Part shown: piece by piece, positions 27,803 through 36,147 of the stretch
How positions within the stretch are numbered: the first letter of the stretch is position 1
Layout: every line of letters begins with the position of its first letter
Assembly: GCA_016938685.1 (NCBI GenBank)
Contig: JAFGUD010000510.1
Span: 10,568 to 74,567 of the forward strand
DNA: 64,000 bases
Source: Bacteroidales bacterium
Lineage (GTDB): Bacteria > Bacteroidota > Bacteroidia > Bacteroidales > JAFGUD01
Reading direction: 5' to 3'
Notes under the pieces: model-generated
Told to the model about the DNA's origin: nothing
Databases searched by the model: none
What the model saw: only the letters and a program-made list of their open reading frames with translations
Made by a program: the position numbers and the translations under genes

Positions 27803-27897
27803 TTATACTTGGAGAAATGTGGTGTTTTATTAGAGATTTCTCCAATAATAAAAAATTATACTTGGAGAAATGTAGTAACTTTAACCACATTTCTCCA
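27803..27897. repeat. Tandem pair of related stem-loops sharing an 18-nt direct repeat (ttatacttggagaaatgt)
   Basis: Direct repeat at 27803-27820 and 27856-27873. Hairpin 1: 27809-27818 / 27836-27845 (10 bp). Hairpin 2: 27863-27873 / 27887-27897 (11 bp). Alternative long-range pairing: 27811-27823 / 27884-27896 (13 bp). Lies between convergent genes. Confidence 0.8.
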
Positions 27898-27910
27898 GAT
27901 ATAGCTCAAT

Positions 27911-28951
27911 TTATCTCTTTAATTTTTCAACAATATCTGGCAATTTACTGATTATAAAATTCACATTTTCGTCTGTTATATCTTTATGTGTAACAAAACG
28001 ATACCAACCTAATTCTTTTGGATATGTAAGAATTCCATGACTGCCTAAAATTTTAAGGAAATCTGTTCTTTCCCCGATTTTAAGCTTCAAGAAAAACATA
28101 TTTGTTTTCACTTTTTCAATATTTACATCAAAGACATCATCGTATTTTGCGAATGCTTCGGCTAATTTACTAGCATTTTCATGGTCTTTATGTAATCGTT
28201 TGGTCATTTCTTGCAGAGAAATAAGTCCGGGAGCGGCCAAAACACCAACCTGACGCATTGCTCCGCCCATAATTTTTCTTTTGTATCTTGCTTTTGCAAT
28301 AAATTCTTTTGTTCCAACCAACATTGAACCAATTGGAGCAGCTAAACCTTTTGATAAACAAAACATTACAGAATCAGAATATTTTGCGATTTCTTTTGCT
28401 TCAACATTTAAGTATGTAGCAGCATTAAAAATTCTGGCTCCATCAAGATGAACAGAAAAACCAAATTTTTGTGCGTTTTCGTATATTTTTCGCATTTCGT
28501 CCAATGGCCAAACATCACCATTTCCGAGTGAATTTTGCACCCAAATCAGACTTGTTTTTGGGAAATGCAAATCCTCTTCAAATCTAATAAATTGTGTTAT
28601 TTCATCCCACGAAAACCATTGTTTTTCGGTTGTAACAATCCGCATGTTTACACCGGCAATAATAGCCGGAGCGCCTGCTTCGTGCTGAACAGGATGCGAA
28701 TCGTTTGAAATAACAACTTCATCACCACGATTGCAATGTGTAAACAAAGCAAGCTGATTTCCAAAAACTCCTGAAGGAACAAACAAAGCATCTTCTTTAC
28801 CGAGCATTTCGGCAGAAAGTTTTTGTAGTTCATTCACTGTTGGATCTTCTTGCATCATATCGTCACCAACTACTGCGTTTGCCATTGCTTGACGCATTTC
28901 GTTTGTTGGATGAGTTACTGTATCCGAACGTAAATCTATGTATGGAAGCAT
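27911..28951 (-). CDS. ltaE: Low-specificity L-threonine aldolase (PLP-dependent, beta-eliminating lyase fold)
   Basis: DLRSDTVT...DDMMQEDPTV...FCLSKGL (PLP lysine); 346 aa. Confidence 0.85.
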   Translation of the reverse strand: MLPYIDLRSDTVTHPTNEMRQAMANAVVGDDMMQEDPTVNELQKLSAEMLGKEDALFVPSGVFGNQLALFTHCNRGDEVVISNDSHPVQHEAGAPAIIAGVNMRIVTTEKQWFSWDEITQFIRFEEDLHFPKTSLIWVQNSLGNGDVWPLDEMRKIYENAQKFGFSVHLDGARIFNAATYLNVEAKEIAKYSDSVMFCLSKGLAAPIGSMLVGTKEFIAKARYKRKIMGGAMRQVGVLAAPGLISLQEMTKRLHKDHENASKLAEAFAKYDDVFDVNIEKVKTNMFFLKLKIGERTDFLKILGSHGILTYPKELGWYRFVTHKDITDENVNFIISKLPDIVEKLKR

Positions 28952-28963
28952 AATTAGTAAAAA

Positions 28964-29006
28964 GTTATAAAGTTGAAAGTTTGTTGTGCATTGTTAATTG
29001 TTCTTT
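28964..29006. repeat. Short degenerate GTT-anchored run (gttataaa gttgaaa gtttgtt gtgcatt gttaatt gttcttt)
   Basis: Read directly. Fills most of the 58-nt spacer between the folD stop and the ltaE start. Confidence 0.55.
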
Positions 29007-29009
29007 GAT

Positions 29010-29885
29010 TTAATTCTTGCTTTTATAAGCTTTAAGCGTATTTGCAAGTAACGAAGCAATTGTCATAGGTCCTACCCCACCCGGAACAGGCGTAATAAAG
29101 CTTGCTTTTTCAGAAACTTCATCAAATTTTACGTCGCCTTTTAATTTCCAGCCTGATTTTGTTTGGTCACTTTTAATGCGAGTTGTACCAACATCAATTA
29201 CAACGACACCATCTTTTACCATATCCGCTGTTACATATTCAGGAATGCCAATTGCAGCAATCAAAATATCAGCTTGTTGGGTTATTTCTTTTAGGTTTGG
29301 AGTTCGGCTATGACAAACAGTTACAGTAGCATTGCCATGTTCTGTTTTTTGTGACAATAAAATAGAAACCGGACGACCAACAATGTTACTTCTGCCAAGA
29401 ACAACAACATGTTTACCGGCAGTCTGAATATTATATCTTTTTATAATTTCAACAATTCCAAATGGAGTAGCAGAAACAAATCCTGGCAGTCCAATTGTAA
29501 GTTTACCGATATTTACAGGATGAAAACCGTCAACATCTTTTGAATGGTCGATTGCTTCAATAATTTTTTGTTCAGAAATATGTTTTGGCAAAGGAAGTTG
29601 AACAATAAAGCCGTCTAATTCAGAGTCATTGTTTAGTTCTTGAACCCTTTTTAAAAGTTCTTCTTCGGTTGTGCTTTCAGGAAGTTCAATATGAGTTGAT
29701 TTGAAGCCCACAAACTCGCAGGCTTTTATTTTATTATTAACATAAACCTGACTTCCACCATCTTCTCCAACAATAATAACAGCAAGATGAGGAGCTCTTT
29801 TGCCGGTTGAGGTAATTTGCAGAACTTCATTTGCTATTTCTTCCTTAAGTTTTGTAGAAATTAATTTTCCGTCGATTATTTGCAT
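29010..29885 (-). CDS. folD: Bifunctional methylenetetrahydrofolate dehydrogenase / methenyl-THF cyclohydrolase
   Basis: Typical FolD sequence (IIDGK...[13 protein letters not shown]...GRSNIVGRP...[10 protein letters not shown]); 291 aa. Confidence 0.92.
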   Translation of the reverse strand: MQIIDGKLISTKLKEEIANEVLQITSTGKRAPHLAVIIVGEDGGSQVYVNNKIKACEFVGFKSTHIELPESTTEEELLKRVQELNNDSELDGFIVQLPLPKHISEQKIIEAIDHSKDVDGFHPVNIGKLTIGLPGFVSATPFGIVEIIKRYNIQTAGKHVVVLGRSNIVGRPVSILLSQKTEHGNATVTVCHSRTPNLKEITQQADILIAAIGIPEYVTADMVKDGVVVIDVGTTRIKSDQTKSGWKLKGDVKFDEVSEKASFITPVPGGVGPMTIASLLANTLKAYKSKN

Positions 29886-29927
29886 TGTTTTTTGCTACAA
29901 GTTTAAAAATAATTTGGAAGAATTAAC

Positions 29928-29949
29928 CCGAATTATTCACATAATTCGG
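29928..29949 (-). promoter_or_regulatory. Perfect 9-bp stem-loop upstream of folD, of unknown role
   Basis: ccgaattat (29928-29936) / ataattcgg (29941-29949) with a 4-nt loop. No clear T-run. Confidence 0.3.
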
Positions 29950-30138
29950 CAGCAATAAAGTTAAATGTTTAAAATCCAGGAATTTATGTGAAATTAATTT
30001 TTATTTTGCAAGTTATGCAGAACCAAATTTCTAAAAAACATATCTACAAAAAACATACTATTTTCTAAATAAAAGTTGTCCAATCTTTCGGGAAAAACTT
30101 AGAGGATAAGGGAGGTGTCGTTTTACTATTACTACGAT

Positions 30139-30474
30139 TTATTTTTCTAAAAGAATTTCTACTTCTTTTTTTAATGTTGGAATATGGTTTATTACTATTC
30201 CCCATACTTGTACATTTTCTATTTCATCATATCCATGAATAATTTTATTTCGAGCATCAACAACTCTTCTTGAATTAGTAATATCAATGTCAGGGTCCAT
30301 TATCAATAAACTATTCATAGCTTCGCCTATAATTTCAATATTACGTTCAACAGCATCTTGTAACATTGGTGATTTTTCGTAATTTTCAAAAATCTTTTGC
30401 TCCCCTATGTAGTTGTCAATATTGTTTATTGCAGTTAAAATATCAAAAAGTAATTTTTTCGCTTTATTATCCAT
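30139..30474 (-). CDS. hepT: HepT-like (DUF86) ribonuclease toxin
   Basis: Rx4HxY motif (RNKIIHGY); 111 aa. Overlaps the upstream MNT gene by 8 nt (ATGGATAA). Confidence 0.85.
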   Translation of the reverse strand: MDNKAKKLLFDILTAINNIDNYIGEQKIFENYEKSPMLQDAVERNIEIIGEAMNSLLIMDPDIDITNSRRVVDARNKIIHGYDEIENVQVWGIVINHIPTLKKEVEILLEK

Positions 30475-30784
30475 AAATAAGAACTTTTGTTTGGTCTAAT
30501 TCTTTAATAAAATATGGGTTTTTTAAGGAATTTTCGGTTACAATATCTATTTCCCGTCTAAATAAATCTCTAAGGCTATCGTGCAAATTCCACCATAATT
30601 CTCCTTTTTCAAGCGGTTCAATACCATCTTCAAACTTTACCAAAAAATCTAAATCGCTTTCATCGTTAAAACTGTCTGTAAGCAAAGAACCAAATACATA
30701 AGCCTTTTCAATCTTATGGTTCTTGAAAATATTGTTGGTTTGTGTTTTATCTATAATTTGAGCAATATTCATAATCTTAGGCAT
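30467..30784 (-). CDS. mntA: MNT-type nucleotidyltransferase antitoxin
   Basis: GS-x10-DxD motif (VFGSLLTDSFNDESDLDFLV); 105 aa. Confidence 0.85.
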   Translation of the reverse strand: MPKIMNIAQIIDKTQTNNIFKNHKIEKAYVFGSLLTDSFNDESDLDFLVKFEDGIEPLEKGELWWNLHDSLRDLFRREIDIVTENSLKNPYFIKELDQTKVLIYG

Positions 30785-30789
30785 TTCTA

Positions 30790-30797
30790 CAAATATA
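30790..30797 (-). promoter_or_regulatory. -7 box TATATTTG immediately upstream of the MNT start (near-leaderless transcript implied)
   Basis: Plus-strand caaatata, ending 5 nt from the start codon (30782-30784). Confidence 0.45.
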
Positions 30798-30924
30798 AAA
30801 CTTTTTCAAAAAGAAGCACACGAATTCAGAATATTTTTGTTAGCACTTTACTATAATATAGATATATAAACGTTGTTTTTCTGAAATTTCAATTCGTTTT
30901 TTTTTGATTAAAACAGAATGGAAA

Positions 30925-31668
30925 TTACTTATTTTCCGTCAACCTTTGTTTTACAGCTTCGTAAACAATAACAGAAGTAGCGTTGGCAACGTTTAGTGAC
31001 TCAATTTCACCTAAAATTGGAATTTTAACCGTAAAATCGGACATTTTTAATAAATCTACTGAAACACCAACATCTTCGGCTCCCATAATTATTGCTGTCG
31101 GCAATGTGTAATCAACCTCAAAATAGTTTACAGAACCTTTTTCGGTAGCAGAAACAATTCTAAAACCGCTATCTTTTAAAAATCTAATCAATTTAGTAAA
31201 ACTAAAAACTCTGGCTACAGGTATTTTAAAAAGTGCTCCGGCAGAAGTTTTAATTGCATCTTCGTTAATTTGAGCGCTACCTTTTTCTTTGATTACAATA
31301 GCATGAACACCCGCACATTCAGCAGTTCTGGCAATAGAACCAAAATTTCTAACATCGGTAATTCCATCAAGAAATAAAAACAAAGGAACTTTTCCTTCTT
31401 CGATGACCATTTGAGTTAACTGTTCGATATCAGTATATTCAATTAATGAAATAAAAGCTATTACTCCTTGATGATTTTTCTGACTCAATCTGTTGATTTT
31501 TTCAGCAGGAACAAACTGAAAAGGAATATTATTATTCTTAACAATGGCAAATAATTCATTAAAAAGTTGTCCATTAAGATCTTTTCTAAATAATATTTTT
31601 TCAATTATTTGTCCTGAGTCAATAGCTTCAATAACTGTTCTAATTCCGTAGATATAATTTTTTTTCAT
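30925..31668 (-). CDS. rlmB: 23S rRNA (guanosine-2'-O)-methyltransferase, SpoU/TrmH family
   Basis: N-terminal substrate-binding domain plus SpoU motifs (DGITDVRNFGSIARTA...IIMGAEDVGVS...ESLNVA). Confidence 0.85.
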   Translation of the reverse strand: MKKNYIYGIRTVIEAIDSGQIIEKILFRKDLNGQLFNELFAIVKNNNIPFQFVPAEKINRLSQKNHQGVIAFISLIEYTDIEQLTQMVIEEGKVPLFLFLDGITDVRNFGSIARTAECAGVHAIVIKEKGSAQINEDAIKTSAGALFKIPVARVFSFTKLIRFLKDSGFRIVSATEKGSVNYFEVDYTLPTAIIMGAEDVGVSVDLLKMSDFTVKIPILGEIESLNVANATSVIVYEAVKQRLTENK

Positions 31669-31760
31669 GTGCGTATTTTTTTATTACTAATATCTCATAA
31701 ACAATCATCTAACAATTTGTCTGTGATTTTTTAAAATGCAATGTTCTTTTTAATTTAGAA

Positions 31761-33080
31761 TTATTGTTTATCTGTTATTGTTATTTTAACTTTCTCTATT
31801 CTTCTATTATTCAATGATATAATCTTAAATTCGATATTACTATAAGTAATTTTTTGATTAATTGCAGGAAAATCTCCAAGTATTTCAAGTATTAGTCCGG
31901 CAATTGTTTCCGCATCACCTTTAACTTCGTCAAAAAAGTTGTCAGTTAAATTTACCATTCTTTGAAAATCTTTCATTAAAAGTTTTCCATCCATAAGAAA
32001 TTGATTATCTGAAATTTTACTAAATAGATTTTCCGGAATATCAAATTCATCGTTTATTTCACCAACAATTTCTTCTATAGTATCTTCAAGACTAACAATT
32101 CCGCTAAAACCACCATATTCGTCAGACACAATAGCCAAATGAATTTTTTTAGCTCTAAATTCTTGTAATAAATCGTCAATTTTTTTGTTTTCAGGCACAA
32201 AATAAGCCGGTCTTATATAATTCTGCCATTCAAAATAATTGTCTTTATTCAAATATTTAATTAAATCTTTAATATACAAAACCCCAACAATGCTATCAAG
32301 CTCATCTTCGTATACAGGGATTCTAGAAAATCCACTTTCAGTAATAATTTTTTTAAGAACAGAAAGTTTATAATTTTTATTTAGAGTGACAACATCAACC
32401 CTAGGAGTCATAATTTCACGAACTTCAATATTGCTAAAATTCACAACTCTTTTAAGTATTTTCTTTTCATTCTGAGTCGGTCCTGATGTAATATCAATGG
32501 CATGAGACAAGTCACTCATTGACAAGGCATTAGTCCCTTGTATCCTTTTGTTTACAATATTTGTAGATTTAACAAGAATAGTTGCAAAAGGATATAAAAT
32601 TTTGCCAAAAGCAGTAAGCGGGACAGACATAATAAGCGCAAAAGACTTATTATATCTATTAGCGTATATTTTAGGAATTATTTCTCCAAATAATAAAATT
32701 ATAAAAGTAACGACAACTGCTTCGACAACAAATTTCAGCCAGAGCACTTCACCAAAATTAATTAAAGAAGCTGTAATATATGTAGCTAAGACAACAATAG
32801 CAATATTTACAAAATTATTTGTTATAAGTATTGTTGCTAAAAGCCTGTCAGGTTCTCTGATTAATTTTAAAACTTTTTTATCCGCTTTTGAAGTACTATT
32901 TTCGAGAGAATGAATAATTCTGGGAGTCAATGAAAAATAAGCGACTTCAGAACCTGATATTAAAGCAGAGAGCAAAATAAGAAGTATAAAAAAAACTATT
33001 TCGATTAAACTGTTTAAATCCGGGGCATTAAAAGATATCAACGAATTAAGAGAAATAAAAAAATCCGTTATTGTTTCCAA
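31761..33080 (-). CDS. gldE: DUF21(CNNM)-CBS-CorC/HlyC family membrane protein, GldE-like
   Basis: Four N-terminal TM helices, a CBS pair and a CorC_HlyC C-terminus. Lies directly downstream of ssb, as I recall for Flavobacterium johnsoniae gldE. Confidence 0.6.
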   Translation of the reverse strand: METITDFFISLNSLISFNAPDLNSLIEIVFFILLILLSALISGSEVAYFSLTPRIIHSLENSTSKADKKVLKLIREPDRLLATILITNNFVNIAIVVLATYITASLINFGEVLWLKFVVEAVVVTFIILLFGEIIPKIYANRYNKSFALIMSVPLTAFGKILYPFATILVKSTNIVNKRIQGTNALSMSDLSHAIDITSGPTQNEKKILKRVVNFSNIEVREIMTPRVDVVTLNKNYKLSVLKKIITESGFSRIPVYEDELDSIVGVLYIKDLIKYLNKDNYFEWQNYIRPAYFVPENKKIDDLLQEFRAKKIHLAIVSDEYGGFSGIVSLEDTIEEIVGEINDEFDIPENLFSKISDNQFLMDGKLLMKDFQRMVNLTDNFFDEVKGDAETIAGLILEILGDFPAINQKITYSNIEFKIISLNNRRIEKVKITITDKQ

Positions 33081-33295
33081 GGTTATAAGGTTTATATTAT
33101 TGAAGCTAAAAACAACAAATTAGTCTGAAAAATTCATCCAACATTAGTATAAATAACACTAATTATTTTCTTGCTTCAAGATATTGTTATATGAACTAAA
33201 ATATGTTTTTTCACAAAAAACAAACGTAATCTCAACGAACATATTTCACTTCGAAGAGACTACGAAATAATTATTACAAAGTTTTCTCATTAATA

Positions 33296-33311
33296 TTGAC
33301 AAATTTGTCAA
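33296..33311. promoter_or_regulatory. Perfect 16-bp palindrome TTGACAAATTTGTCAA
   Basis: Read directly. 10 nt downstream of the ssb stop and upstream of gldE. Confidence 0.3.
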
Positions 33312-33320
33312 AAGACTTTT

Positions 33321-33749
33321 TTATTGAAAATCCATCATTTCCTCTTCGGGAAAACTATCTTCATCAAAATCATCTAAATTAACGTTATCATCAAAACCAA
33401 CCAAATCATCTCCTTTACCTCTAGGAGACAGCATAATCAGGTTACTGGCAACTATCTCTGTAGTTCGTCTAATGTTTCCGTCTCTATCTGTCCATGTTCT
33501 GGAATGAAGTTTTCCTTCAATATACAAAGGATCTCCTTTCTTTACGTATTTTTCCGCTAATTCAGCCAAACCTCTCCATAACACTATATTGTGCCATTCT
33601 GTAGAGGTTACTCTAGTTCCGTCTTTTCTACGATGAGTTTCACTTGTTGCCAAAGAGAAGGTTGTAACCGGCACTCCACTATCCAAAAGTTTGGTTTTGG
33701 TTTCTCTTCCGACGTTTCCAATTAATTGTACTTTGTTAATTCCGTGCAT
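33321..33749 (-). CDS. ssb: Single-stranded DNA-binding protein
   Basis: OB-fold signature (NKVQLIGNVG...TEWHNIVLW...YIEGKL..R.W) and an acidic C-terminal tail. ATG 33749 is preferred because a -7 box lies inside the longer ORF. Confidence 0.9.
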   Translation of the reverse strand: MHGINKVQLIGNVGRETKTKLLDSGVPVTTFSLATSETHRRKDGTRVTSTEWHNIVLWRGLAELAEKYVKKGDPLYIEGKLHSRTWTDRDGNIRRTTEIVASNLIMLSPRGKGDDLVGFDDNVNLDDFDEDSFPEEEMMDFQ

Positions 33750-33782
33750 TTCTCTATTTTTTAATTTAATTATTCTCAATTG

Positions 33783-33790
33783 CAAATTTA
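33783..33790 (-). promoter_or_regulatory. -7 box TAAATTTG upstream of ssb
   Basis: Plus-strand caaattta, 34 nt upstream of ATG 33749. Confidence 0.45.
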
Positions 33791-33833
33791 GAAATTTTTG
33801 AAATATAAAATATTTTAATTTCTATTTTTTTGC

Positions 33834-34634
33834 TCAAAATTTAAAAACCAGTTGATTTTTAAGATTATAAAACAATGGCTGCTCTACTAATTCCATTGGG
33901 GGTCTTGAATCATAAGCCAATTCGAAAACCGCTGAATATTCTAAGTTTTTAAGGATAACAAAAGATAATGATAATTCTGAGAACAGTCTAAAGTCTGTTA
34001 TTGCTTCAAAATTAGGTGATTTTGCCAAATCAAAAAAAGCAGGTTGATAATATGTAACATTTTTTAAAGAAACAGTTTCTGTAAAATTCAGCCCCAAAGA
34101 CCAATATAAATCACCTTTTATCATTTTAGTAGTTGTATTAAAGCTGTCACTCAAAATTTCGTTTTCGTACATTATTAGAGGAGCAATATAAAAAGAGATA
34201 ACTTTATTATCTATGATTCTAAATCTAAAACCGGCTCCTGCAAGAAAACGCAAATTAAGGTATTTAATTTTATTTTGTTGTCTTTGGACAAAAGTTTCAA
34301 AATTAATTTTGGTTGTATCAACTATCGAAAAATTATATCTAAAATGTTGAAAATTTTGATTAACCAAATCATAGTCATCAGCATCTTTTTTCACTTTCAT
34401 CAATGTATAATCATTAAGGATCAAAAAAGTATGTTTATTGTTAACATATTGAAGGTGGGCTGAATTGGAACCTTGAGTAATTTTACTGGTATTTTGAATA
34501 ATATTAAAAGCAAACGCAATATTTCCTTGAAAGCCTTGTTTGTAATCAATGCGTTTTTTCTCAATATTTACTAATTGGGCTGATGAAGAGAGGGTTATAA
34601 AAGAAAGAATAATTACAAATACTATCTTATTCAT
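33834..34634 (-). CDS. Outer-membrane beta-barrel protein (DUF481-like)
   Basis: Signal peptide, alternating-hydrophobicity strands and a C-terminal aromatic residue (LVFKF); 266 aa. Family name is tentative. Confidence 0.5.
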   Translation of the reverse strand: MNKIVFVIILSFITLSSSAQLVNIEKKRIDYKQGFQGNIAFAFNIIQNTSKITQGSNSAHLQYVNNKHTFLILNDYTLMKVKKDADDYDLVNQNFQHFRYNFSIVDTTKINFETFVQRQQNKIKYLNLRFLAGAGFRFRIIDNKVISFYIAPLIMYENEILSDSFNTTTKMIKGDLYWSLGLNFTETVSLKNVTYYQPAFFDLAKSPNFEAITDFRLFSELSLSFVILKNLEYSAVFELAYDSRPPMELVEQPLFYNLKNQLVFKF

Positions 34635-34643
34635 TACAAAATT

Positions 34644-35027
34644 TTACTCAATAACAATCTTATTAATATCTATTCCACTATCTATTATATAGTCGTCAAT
34701 TTCTTCGGACATGTCAATATCGTCGTGTAAGTAATACCAATTAACCTGAACTTTTCCTCCTTTGTCAGAATAAAATTTAAGAGTGTGGAGAATATTTAGA
34801 ATCCACTTTGAAGTGCTGGTGTTGAAATATGTTAATTTTATATTTAAAGATATTGGTTTTCCTGTTTCAACAAAATCATTCAGCCAATCAAGTAACGGAG
34901 AATAAAAATTTGATGTTTCTTCTAAAAAAGATTCACCTTCAAGTGTACATTCACCTGTTGCTGTTGAAAAATCTACTGCCGGAGCTATATATATGCCTCT
35001 AACTGCTTTGATGTGAATATCATCCAT
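34644..35027 (-). CDS. DUF1987 / SiaC-family protein (paralogue b)
   Basis: FYSPLLDWLNDF and YFNTSTSK (Thr70) motifs; 127 aa. Confidence 0.85.
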   Translation of the reverse strand: MDDIHIKAVRGIYIAPAVDFSTATGECTLEGESFLEETSNFYSPLLDWLNDFVETGKPISLNIKLTYFNTSTSKWILNILHTLKFYSDKGGKVQVNWYYLHDDIDMSEEIDDYIIDSGIDINKIVIE

Positions 35028-35029
35028 AG

Positions 35030-35428
35030 TTATTCGCTTTCAGGGATTAAGTTAATTTTCAGACCAGTATCTATCATGTAATCTTCGATATCTTCTTCCA
35101 TGTCAATATCATTTTCATCGTAATGCCAATTAACAACAACTTCGCCGTCTGATTCTTCGTATTCCTTAATAATATTTAAGATATCCAGCAAACATCTTGA
35201 AGTACTAGTGTTATAGTAAGTCAATTTAATAATGAATGCTAAAGGTCTTTTAATTTCATCAGTATAAACTTTCAGCCAATCGATAAGTGGTTGATAAAAC
35301 TCAACAGTGTTCTCTAAAAAAGACTCTCCCGAAATCTCACAAATACCTGTTTGGAGATTAAAATTTACGTTCGGCGTAAAAAAATTCTTATGAGATCCTT
35401 CAATTACAATATCTTCAAGTTCTGCCAT
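35030..35428 (-). CDS. DUF1987 / SiaC-family protein (paralogue a)
   Basis: FYQPLIDWLKVY and YYNTSTSR (Thr74) motifs; 132 aa. A 2-nt gap separates it from paralogue b. Confidence 0.85.
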   Translation of the reverse strand: MAELEDIVIEGSHKNFFTPNVNFNLQTGICEISGESFLENTVEFYQPLIDWLKVYTDEIKRPLAFIIKLTYYNTSTSRCLLDILNIIKEYEESDGEVVVNWHYDENDIDMEEDIEDYMIDTGLKINLIPESE

Positions 35429-35513
35429 GTTTATTATTTGTTTTCTTGTGCAAAATTAAAAATTTAATGAATAAAAAACAATTATGATACCAATTTTTCA
35501 ATCATTTGTCTTT

Positions 35514-36071
35514 TTATTTGATTTTTTCCTTTAATAATTTCACGTTTAATGTAAAAAAAGAAAAATCGTCATTTATTTCTCTTATTCTAAAATTAAGCTT
35601 TTCGCGAGTTGTAAGTGCAACCATAATAAGCCCAATATGAGCTCCTCCATTTGTTCCGGGTATTAAATTTCTTTGATGTCTTTTAAATTCTCTCAAAGAA
35701 TCTCTATCCATACTGTTTATTATTCTACATTTTCTATGTAAAACATTCAATGCTCCGGTATTAATTACATTGCCAATAATAAAACCAATATGATTTTCTT
35801 TTTCGTAGATAATTAAATGTCCTTTACCTACTTCTTTTATTCCATTTGTTGCTTTTTGATCCGAATAGAATCCTACATTTTGAGCTAATTCAACAAAAAC
35901 ATAAAATAATCGTCGTTGAGTAACATCAAAATCTTTTGTCAGCTTGCTCAATTTAAATGCAAAATCTTTTACATGGTCTTGGTCAAAAAAACCATCATAT
36001 TCATATATGATTTTTTCTTCGTCCAAAATCTGCTCCTTCAAAAACTCATTAAATTGCTCTGTATCAAACAT
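35514..36071 (-). CDS. SiaB-family protein kinase (second copy)
   Basis: VELAQNVGFYS (N-box-like) and GTNGGAHIGLIMVA (G-box-like). Same length class as 5356-5898. Confidence 0.7.
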   Translation of the reverse strand: MFDTEQFNEFLKEQILDEEKIIYEYDGFFDQDHVKDFAFKLSKLTKDFDVTQRRLFYVFVELAQNVGFYSDQKATNGIKEVGKGHLIIYEKENHIGFIIGNVINTGALNVLHRKCRIINSMDRDSLREFKRHQRNLIPGTNGGAHIGLIMVALTTREKLNFRIREINDDFSFFTLNVKLLKEKIK

Positions 36072-36147
36072 ATAATCTTCTTTTCAGACCCAAAAAACAG
36101 TTTAATTTGTTGCTAAATATAGAAAAAAAATCTTTTACAACAAAAAA

